Shown here in pieces: positions 24,586-31,320 of a DNA stretch of 53,360 bases. Positions within the stretch are counted from its first letter, which is position 1; each line of letters begins with the position of its first letter. The notes below the pieces were generated by a model. That model was not told the origin of the DNA and did not search any database. It was given only the letters and a program-made list of their open reading frames with translations. Location of the stretch: IMG/VR virus record IMGVR_UViG_3300045988_161096, one strand, 5' to 3'. This DNA comes from a virus. The position numbers and the translations under genes are program-made.

Positions 24586-25191
24586 ATGTCAAGAATTCAG
24601 AATTTTGAAACGCCAGTTCCAGTTGAGACACTTTCAACTGCTGAACTTATAGTTACGATGGCTCTTATCTTAAGAGGCAATTATTACAGTAACAAGTCTT
24701 ATGTGAGTTTCAAGCACTCAAGAGACGCAAATGCTGCCATAAAGTCCTTGGAGGAAGCATGTTCAGAATTAAATATTCCGTTTAAAACGCTTCCAAGCAT
24801 AAAAGATAAGAACTACTATTACATGTGGGGAACAAACTTAGATTTGGTTCTTGCTAAACAGCAGATGATACCACATCTTCTTAAGTGGAGAACACTGCTC
24901 CATATTCCTGAAACATGGATTGGAAATTTGAGTGAGACTAAACTAAAAGCTTTAGAGGCTATCACAACTCAGATAACAAGAGCAAAAATGACAAGAAGAG
25001 GTACTTGTTACTTAGTGCCAGATGCTTTGCACTTGGATATTGCTATTTCTAACTTGTTTAGGCCTATAGCTCCGAATATAGAAACTGAATATAAATATAA
25101 TAGACAGTGCGTATATGGGCTCACTTACACATCTGAAACTTATGTTAATGAACTAGAGGATTTGGATGATGACATTTCAGATTTACTTTAA
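24586..25191 (+). CDS. hypothetical protein
   Basis: 201-aa ATG ORF. No motif recognised. Confidence 0.6.
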   Translation: MSRIQNFETPVPVETLSTAELIVTMALILRGNYYSNKSYVSFKHSRDANAAIKSLEEACSELNIPFKTLPSIKDKNYYYMWGTNLDLVLAKQQMIPHLLKWRTLLHIPETWIGNLSETKLKALEAITTQITRAKMTRRGTCYLVPDALHLDIAISNLFRPIAPNIETEYKYNRQCVYGLTYTSETYVNELEDLDDDISDLL

Positions 25192-25202
25192 AAGATTAGA
25201 TA

Positions 25203-25949
25203 ATGAAAAGTATAGATAGAATTAATGATGATATTTCTGATATATTACCAGATTCATCAGACTTATTAGGTACAGATGGTCTCGAGCAACGAGCTTCCAT
25301 GGTCCAGGATAAGTCCAAGTCGATACATGACAGGAAAACAGCCCAAGAGCTTGCAAAAGCTAAATTAAAACTTGCTAGAGCTGCTGAAGGCCAAGCTGCA
25401 AGACAAGCTGTTAAGGCGTTTAGACAGAAAAAGCAAGAAGCTCAAGAGGCTGTATATCAGCAACTCGAAGATGAAGACAAGCACATGCCAGCCAAAGAAG
25501 TTATAGATTTGGCCAACAGGGTAGCTGCTAGTAATGGTCAGCCTGCAATGGCAGAAAACGTTGCAAAGCAGATTATGCTTTCTCAAGGCACAACTCGACC
25601 AGAAGTCGTAAAGCTTCTCAGTTCACTCAACATAAATCTTGATTTGCAGTTATCGAAGACTGATACAGCTAATCTGTTAGCTTGCCTTCTTACTGCTAAT
25701 GAGAAGCAGCTTCAAGCCATATACGATAATGATAAGACGCCTCTCGCTATTAAAATAGTGGTTAAACGTCTCATGAATGACTCTAGAATTGGAGAAATCC
25801 AGACAGTAGAGAAACTCTGGGACCGTATTTTCGGAAAAACTGGAATGATGCTTGATTTGCCACAAGAATCTAAGGCTGCAGGTATCATACCTAATACTCC
25901 AGTTTCTAGAGAGGCTTATATTCTGATTAGAGAGTCACTTCTCAAATAA
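25203..25949 (+). CDS. possible terminase small subunit
   Basis: 248 aa, located upstream of TerL. The C-terminal ...EKLWDRIFGKTG resembles the DR.(L/F)GK ending seen in many TerS proteins. This is positional and weak-motif evidence only. Confidence 0.4.
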   Translation: MKSIDRINDDISDILPDSSDLLGTDGLEQRASMVQDKSKSIHDRKTAQELAKAKLKLARAAEGQAARQAVKAFRQKKQEAQEAVYQQLEDEDKHMPAKEVIDLANRVAASNGQPAMAENVAKQIMLSQGTTRPEVVKLLSSLNINLDLQLSKTDTANLLACLLTANEKQLQAIYDNDKTPLAIKIVVKRLMNDSRIGEIQTVEKLWDRIFGKTGMMLDLPQESKAAGIIPNTPVSREAYILIRESLLK

Positions 25950-25998
25950 TTGCACACACTTAATTCTCTCATTTTTCAAGTATGAAACCATTTAGTTA

Positions 25999-26012
25999 CG
26001 CGGGCGCCCGCG
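25999..26012. repeat. second copy of the 14-bp GC palindrome CGCGGGCGCCCGCG
   Basis: Identical to 16628-16641. Followed by CACGCCCACCCCCATACATTATTATATATT. Confidence 0.95.
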
Positions 26013-26065
26013 CACGCCCACCCCCATACATTATTATATATTAATTACGTAATATTATTCAGTCA

Positions 26066-26135
26066 AGGCTGAGCTCACATAGTTTTTATTAAACACATTT
26101 GATATTCATTTATTTTGCCATTGTGAGCTCAGCCT
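26066..26135. repeat. 14-bp perfect inverted repeat AGGCTGAGCTCACA ... TGTGAGCTCAGCCT with a 42-nt AT-rich spacer
   Basis: Arms at 26066-26079 and 26122-26135, read directly. Lies in the 211-bp gap between the TerS-like gene and the next gene. Confidence 0.9.
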
Positions 26136-26160
26136 ATTATAACACTAAATATTTAATAAT

Positions 26161-26574
26161 ATGAAGAAGAAAGGATATTATAAATACGACCCTGTTATCT
26201 ATCCAAGAATGCTATGTGTCGCTATTGGTATGAACCAAGAGGATGCCAACAAGTGTTTCGAAGGTAGAAATGGCGGGGTTTTGAAGGTTGATTTCTCTAG
26301 TTATACCGCAATAACCTACGATATAGTTATAGAAAAGGAGAACAAGAAGCTTTGCTCATTTATTAATTTTGCAAGCAAGGATTCTATGAGAATGGGAGTT
26401 TGTTGCCACGAAGCTTTTCATGCCTGCGAAAGTATCGAGAATGATATTGGTATGGAACACACCGGCGAGCCTTCTGCCTATCTGATAGGTTGGATTGCGT
26501 CTTGTATCAACAAGGCTCGTTTAGGTATTGGAGACTTTGTTGAAATTAAAGATAAGGAAATAAATTCTATATAA
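26161..26574 (+). CDS. hypothetical protein with an HExxH motif (possible small metallopeptidase-like protein)
   Basis: 137 aa, with the motif CCHEAFHACE. Lies immediately upstream of TerL. Confidence 0.5.
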   Translation: MKKKGYYKYDPVIYPRMLCVAIGMNQEDANKCFEGRNGGVLKVDFSSYTAITYDIVIEKENKKLCSFINFASKDSMRMGVCCHEAFHACESIENDIGMEHTGEPSAYLIGWIASCINKARLGIGDFVEIKDKEINSI

Positions 26575-26576
26575 GT

Positions 26577-29318
26577 ATGAACACTCCAAAAAGAACACTC
26601 TCCGAAATGCAGCAGAGAGTTATAAATGCAGATACTCTTAAGCATGATATGGTAAATGCTAAAGACTTATTGCGTCTTGAGATGCTTTCATCATTCAAGG
26701 CTTATACTAAAGCTATGTTTAAAGCTCAGTATAACCGAAACTTTATTGTAGCTGAGCATCATGAAGCTATATTCAAGGCTTTACAGGACGTAGTTGATGG
26801 TAAGTGCAGAAGACTTATCATCAATATGCCTCCTAGATATGGCAAATGCTGTGCTATTGGCACACAGATAACACTCGCCGATGGAACTAGAAAGTCTATA
26901 GAAAGTATAAAACCTGGAGAATACGTCTTATCATTTCACAATGGAAAAGCTGTAAGGAATAAAGTTATTGCAACTGAACCGGCTTTCAAAAATAGTAGCA
27001 TGATTACAATGAAGTCAGGCAGAAAAGTTATATGTAGCTTAGACCACCCATGGTTAACTCCTTTTGGTTATAAGAAAACACAAGAACTTAAAGCTGGTGA
27101 GAGAATTTATGCCTTGAAATCTGATATAGAGCAGCCCGACTGTTTGTCTGATTCAGAGGTTATACTTATTTCAGCCATGTTATTTGATGGCTGTTGTACC
27201 AAGCCAGGTAAGTTGGGATTTACAAATGTAGATAACTTGGCAGTAGACGCAGTTTCTAGAGCTGTGTATAATCTTGGAGGCATTATGAAAAAAGGAGCAA
27301 CAACAGACTGTCAATATTATATATTAGGGGGTAAAAATGGCGTAATAAATAATGTATTAACTGAATATGGCTTAGTAGGTCATAGCTCATATAACAAAAG
27401 AATTCCAGATAAAATCTTTAAGACTTCTAGCCGACAAAAGTATTTATTTTTAGGAATGATGATAGCTACCGATGGAACGATTAAACAAAGTGGTCAAATT
27501 TCCATAGGCTTAGCTAACGAGGGCCTAGCTAATGATATTCAGTATTTACTGTCAACTATAGGTATTCCAGCCACTTTAAACTGGTACCCTAATGCTAAAG
27601 CGGGAATATGGAATGTAGCTATATCCAGAAGATATGCTCAGAGAATGTTCAATAGACTTGATTTTTATGGAAAGGCTAATACTGCGGCTGAATATATTTT
27701 AAAGCCTTCTAAGATAGAACGCACGTGTACATATCCATATAGTATAATTCAGAAAGAAGGTCTCTATAAAAAGGTGCATATTGATTTAGGCTATAAATCT
27801 GTTGGTCCTGGCAGAAATATGTCTGAAGACACATTTAAAGAACTAGTTGATTTGCTACCTGATAAGTTGGGAAAATACTGGGCTTACGACTTTTATCCAG
27901 ATGAGATAAAAGATGTAGTTTCAGTAGGAGCACAAGAACTTATACATCTTGAAGTCGAGAATGACCACAATTTCATAGCAAACGGATTGGTTTCACATAA
28001 TACGGAATTGGCAATTAAATCATTTATTAGCTGGTGCATGGCCCTCAACCCACGCTGTAGATTCTTGCACCTATCATATTCCGACGTGCTTGTAGCAGAT
28101 AACTCAGACACTGTAAGGTCTATCATGCAAGAAAGTCTATATAAAGAGCTGTTTCCGCAATCTAAGCTTGAAAAAGAGAAAGCTTCTAATAAACGTTGGC
28201 GAACAGCTGCAGGCGGAGAGATGTATGCGGTTTCAACACAAGGTCAGGTAACCGGTTTTGGTGCTGGTAATGTGGATGAAGAGGAACCAATCAAAGGTTC
28301 TGAAACTGCCGACAACCTTACATTCGATGAAGATATGAATGGAATGCTTGAGCAGATAGGTGCTAAGACTAATGTGTTCCAAGGTGCAATCATGATTGAC
28401 GACCCTATTAAGCCTGAGGATGCTGATTCAGATATAGTTCGTGAGCGAATTAATTTGCGATTCGAAAATACAATTCGTAACCGTACTAATAGCCGCAACA
28501 CTCCTATTATCATAATCATGCAGAGACTACATGAGCACGACTTGTGTGGATATTTGCAGGAGATAGAGCCAGATGAGTGGACAGTTCTATCGTTGCCGGC
28601 TATACAGGAAGACCCTATTACTCATGAACGCCATGCCCTGTGGCCTATGAAGCATACACTCGAAGAGCTTGACCACATGCGAGAGATTAACCCACTCGTA
28701 TTCGATACTCAGTACATGCAGGACCCTACACCAAAAGAAGGTCTTATGTATTCTGAAGGTTTTAAGACTTATAACAAAGACCAATTACCACAAGGCCGAG
28801 AAGCTGCTCACAAGTGGAACTACACAGATACAGCTGATACAGGAGCTGATAATCTGTGCTCCATCTGTTTTATAGATACACCTGAGTATGTATATGTTAC
28901 AGATGTGTTGTTCACAGATGCGCCAATGGAGAAAACAGAGCCAAAGACAGCAGAGATGTTAACACGAAATCAGACCGTATCAGCTCTTATAGAATCGAAT
29001 AACGGTGGTAGAGGCTTTTCTAGAAATGTTAAAAAGATACTTCGTGTAACGCATAGAAACTTTAGAACTGCTGTTAGAACGTTTACTCAGTCTGAGAAAA
29101 AAGCAACACGTATATTTACTAATTCTGGAATGTGCCAAAGCGATATTCTGTTCCCAGAAGGCTGGGAAAAGAAGTGGCCTAAGTTCTATGCGGCTCTTAT
29201 GTCGTATCGTAAAGATAATAAGAAACAGCAGCACGATGATGCACCAGATGCTCTTACAGGCATAATTGAGATGCATAGTAGAAAATATAATACTAATAGA
29301 ATAAGACTGAGAAATTAA
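26577..29318 (+). CDS. terL: terminase large subunit, interrupted by an intein (extein about 528 aa)
   Basis: The Walker A motif PPRYGK|TELAIK is restored after removing residues 91-475. Walker B is AIMIDDPIKPED, followed by IIIMQRLHEHDL. The nuclease half has YTDTADTGADNLC, ALIESNNGG and HDDAPDAL. Confidence 0.9.
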   Translation: MNTPKRTLSEMQQRVINADTLKHDMVNAKDLLRLEMLSSFKAYTKAMFKAQYNRNFIVAEHHEAIFKALQDVVDGKCRRLIINMPPRYGKCCAIGTQITLADGTRKSIESIKPGEYVLSFHNGKAVRNKVIATEPAFKNSSMITMKSGRKVICSLDHPWLTPFGYKKTQELKAGERIYALKSDIEQPDCLSDSEVILISAMLFDGCCTKPGKLGFTNVDNLAVDAVSRAVYNLGGIMKKGATTDCQYYILGGKNGVINNVLTEYGLVGHSSYNKRIPDKIFKTSSRQKYLFLGMMIATDGTIKQSGQISIGLANEGLANDIQYLLSTIGIPATLNWYPNAKAGIWNVAISRRYAQRMFNRLDFYGKANTAAEYILKPSKIERTCTYPYSIIQKEGLYKKVHIDLGYKSVGPGRNMSEDTFKELVDLLPDKLGKYWAYDFYPDEIKDVVSVGAQELIHLEVENDHNFIANGLVSHNTELAIKSFISWCMALNPRCRFLHLSYSDVLVADNSDTVRSIMQESLYKELFPQSKLEKEKASNKRWRTAAGGEMYAVSTQGQVTGFGAGNVDEEEPIKGSETADNLTFDEDMNGMLEQIGAKTNVFQGAIMIDDPIKPEDADSDIVRERINLRFENTIRNRTNSRNTPIIIIMQRLHEHDLCGYLQEIEPDEWTVLSLPAIQEDPITHERHALWPMKHTLEELDHMREINPLVFDTQYMQDPTPKEGLMYSEGFKTYNKDQLPQGREAAHKWNYTDTADTGADNLCSICFIDTPEYVYVTDVLFTDAPMEKTEPKTAEMLTRNQTVSALIESNNGGRGFSRNVKKILRVTHRNFRTAVRTFTQSEKKATRIFTNSGMCQSDILFPEGWEKKWPKFYAALMSYRKDNKKQQHDDAPDALTGIIEMHSRKYNTNRIRLRN
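26847..28001 (+). mobile_element. 385-aa intein with a LAGLIDADG homing-endonuclease domain, inserted in the TerL P-loop
   Basis: Starts with Cys (CCAIGTQITLADG). Block B is CSLDHPWLT. Two LAGLIDADG motifs: LISAMLFDGCC and LFLGMMIATDGT. Ends ...HNFIANGLVSHN, followed by the +1 Thr. Confidence 0.9.
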
Positions 29319-29324
29319 AATATT

Positions 29325-29924
29325 ATGGGTAGAGGAAATTTTAAGAAAAAGTTGATAGCTGGAGTTGGTATCAACGATTGTGATGAACCTGTGCACGATG
29401 AGAATGGTAAGTTAAATAAGGCTTACACTGTTTAGAAGAGTATGATTCACAGGTGCTATAGTGATAATTACCATACGAGAAATCCAGCTTATAAAGGATG
29501 TACAGTGTGTGAAGATTGGCGCAGATTATCAAATTTTAAAGCGTGGTTCTATGATAATTATGTTGATGGCTATCAGCTTGATAAAGATGTATTAGTAGAA
29601 GGTAATACTGTGTATTCACCTGAAACATGCTGCTTTATTCCAGGCGAAATAAACAAGTTGTTTGAATCTAAGAAGAAAACAGCTGAGCTTCCTATAGGTA
29701 TACAGTTAGATACTTACAGAAATAAATACATGGTTGCTGTCGGTATAAATGGCAAATTAAAGCACATAGGAAGATTTGACACTTTAAAAGAAGCTATAAT
29801 AGCAAGAAATAAGGCTAAATACGAAAGTATTAAAGAACTTATTGATAGGTATAAAAGCAGTGGAAATCTCCCAGATAAAGTTTACAATGCTATACTCAGA
29901 AAGATAAAGATTTATAAATTTTGA
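29325..29924 (+). pseudogene. AP2-domain homing-endonuclease-like gene interrupted by an in-frame TAG (29433-29435); the 3' ORF 29442-29924 may still be expressed
   Basis: Same frame on both sides: MGRGNFKKKLIAGVGINDCDEPVHDENGKLNKAYTV*KSMIHRCYSDNYHTRNPAYKGCTVCEDW... The TAG sits where related proteins, as I recall them, have Trp (TGG). AP2-like block: IGIQLDTYRNKYMVAVGINGKLKHIGRFDTLKEAIIARNKA. Confidence 0.55.
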
Positions 29925-29937
29925 TTTGTTAACATAC

Positions 29938-29983
29938 TTTAACATAAAAAATTTTATTATCTCAAATATTTTTAGTATATTTG
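29938..29983 (+). promoter_or_regulatory. promoter: TTTAACATAAAAAATTTT box plus -7 box TATATTTG (29976-29983), driving the tRNA cluster and late genes
   Basis: Exact TAnnTTTG. The tRNA cluster starts about 125 nt downstream. Confidence 0.6.
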
Positions 29984-30106
29984 CATTGTAAATGTTAGTT
30001 TAGGGTTATGGTTGTTTTTTAAGGAAAAGGTTTTCTTGATAACAGTTCTTGATTATTAAAGTTGTTAATTATTTTAGTTCAATCAGCTCTCAGCGGAGAG
30101 CTACAT

Positions 30107-30176
30107 CCTCGTCCTGGTGAGCCAATCACGCTACGTCCGTCCAGTGATTGGAGAGGTTCGATTCCTCTAACGAGGG
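30107..30176 (+). ncRNA. tRNA-like element with a non-canonical core
   Basis: T-arm AGAGG-TTCGATT-CCTCT, whose 17 nt are identical to 2280-2296. Acceptor CCTCGT / ACGAGG (6 bp). The core is dominated by the 8-bp stem CCAATCAC / GTGATTGG with a 14-nt loop. The cloverleaf alternative is poor. Preceded by the 7-bp hairpin AGCTCTC-AGCG-GAGAGCT. Confidence 0.4.
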
Positions 30177-30193
30177 CAAATGGCGGCATCAGG

Positions 30194-30267
30194 GGTGGCA
30201 TAGCTCAGAGGGCTAGAGCACAGGTCTTGTAAACCTGAGGTCGGAGGTTCGAATCCTTCTGCTATCG
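30194..30267 (+). tRNA. tRNA-Thr (anticodon TGT)
   Basis: Hand-folded cloverleaf. Acceptor GGTGGCA / TGCTATC (two G-U pairs). D arm GCTC-AGAGGGCTA-GAGC. Anticodon arm CAGGT-CTTGTAA-ACCTG. T arm GGAGG-TTCGAAT-CCTTC. Confidence 0.85.
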
Positions 30268-30284
30268 CGGCCGCCTTCGCTTAT

Positions 30285-30357
30285 CGCAGATTAGAGCAGT
30301 TGGAAGCTCGCTAGGTTCATATCCTAGAGGTCACAGGTTCGAGTCCTGTATCTGCAA
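30285..30357 (+). tRNA. tRNA-Met (anticodon CAT) with initiator-like features
   Basis: Acceptor CGCAGAT / ATCTGCA with a C1xA72 mismatch and A73. D arm GAGC-AGTTGGAA-GCTC, giving A11:U24. Anticodon arm CTAGG-TTCATAT-CCTAG. T arm ACAGG-TTCGAGT-CCTGT. Confidence 0.85.
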
Positions 30358-30426
30358 CTAACGCATAGCTTTTGCACTCACTGCTTAGCTTTGCATATTT
30401 ATTAACTAATTAATGTTTAGACTATT

Positions 30427-31074
30427 ATGGGATTGAATTGCGGATGTCCAGCAGGTAAGCATCTCAATGACCTTGAGATTGCTGAGTGCAAAGAGAGCTT
30501 TGGACAGATTCAGAAAGTAATTTTTGCCCGTATCTTCAGCCTTACAGGTGTTAAGAACAAGATTCCTAAGGAAACGATTGCTAAGAAAGCTACGATGACA
30601 CCTCTTTTTGCTGCAGGAGACGGTACTAAGTTGATTGTATCACCATACATTCAGAACCCAACTACTGAACCTGGCGAAGCTCGTACGTTTGGTGGCGGTA
30701 ACCAGACACTTGGTGGTATTGAGATTGTTATTGGCCGTGAGCCAACTACATTCACAGGCGTTATTTATCAGGAAGCTCAGTCAGTTATTAAGACACTCAA
30801 GACTTATTCATGTGAAAAGATTGGCGTGTTCTTGATTGACGAGAATGGTAATATTGGAGCTATCGACGAGGCCGGCAATGGTGCAAACTATGAGCCTATT
30901 CCAGTTGATAAGTTCTTCGTAGGTGACAAGAACCTTGGCGGTTATGAGGAGCCAGACTCTAACACTATTAGTTGGAGCTTCTATCCTAATTGGTCAGACA
31001 ATCTCGTCTTGATTAAGGCTGATACACTTGACTACAATCCACTTACAGAGCTCACAAACGCGGCTTCAACTTAA
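30427..31074 (+). CDS. hypothetical protein; first ORF of the late block
   Basis: 215-aa ATG ORF. No motif recognised. Confidence 0.6.
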   Translation: MGLNCGCPAGKHLNDLEIAECKESFGQIQKVIFARIFSLTGVKNKIPKETIAKKATMTPLFAAGDGTKLIVSPYIQNPTTEPGEARTFGGGNQTLGGIEIVIGREPTTFTGVIYQEAQSVIKTLKTYSCEKIGVFLIDENGNIGAIDEAGNGANYEPIPVDKFFVGDKNLGGYEEPDSNTISWSFYPNWSDNLVLIKADTLDYNPLTELTNAAST

Positions 31075-31086
31075 AAAGATTTGAGT

Positions 31087-31320
31087 ATGGTACGACAAGT
31101 TAGAAAACCAGTAAAAAAGGTACGTCTCGAAGCAGGTGGTATCTCACAGGAATTTGAGGTATCACATGCCGAGAGAATTCTCGATATGGGACCAGCTTTA
31201 AATGGTGGTTGGCGCGTACCTGAAGATAGTGAATACGAATATACAGAAGAATATGGGCTTAAGCTTAAATCAGATAAAGGAAATTCTGCTAAGACCACAG
31301 AAAAGGCAGCTGATAAATAA
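31087..31320 (+). CDS. hypothetical small protein
   Basis: The track ORF starts at TTG 31081; ATG 31087 is preferred (MVRQVRKPVKKV...). Its 3' end overlaps the start of the portal ORF. Confidence 0.45.
   Translation: MVRQVRKPVKKVRLEAGGISQEFEVSHAERILDMGPALNGGWRVPEDSEYEYTEEYGLKLKSDKGNSAKTTEKAADK

Noticed and set aside
29433-29435. Stop-codon reassignment (TAG read as sense), as in some gut phages
   Set aside because: TAG terminates ordinary genes here (1564-1566 and 2195-2197). All large late genes are open in the standard code. None of the tRNA or tRNA-like elements shows a CUA anticodon loop.
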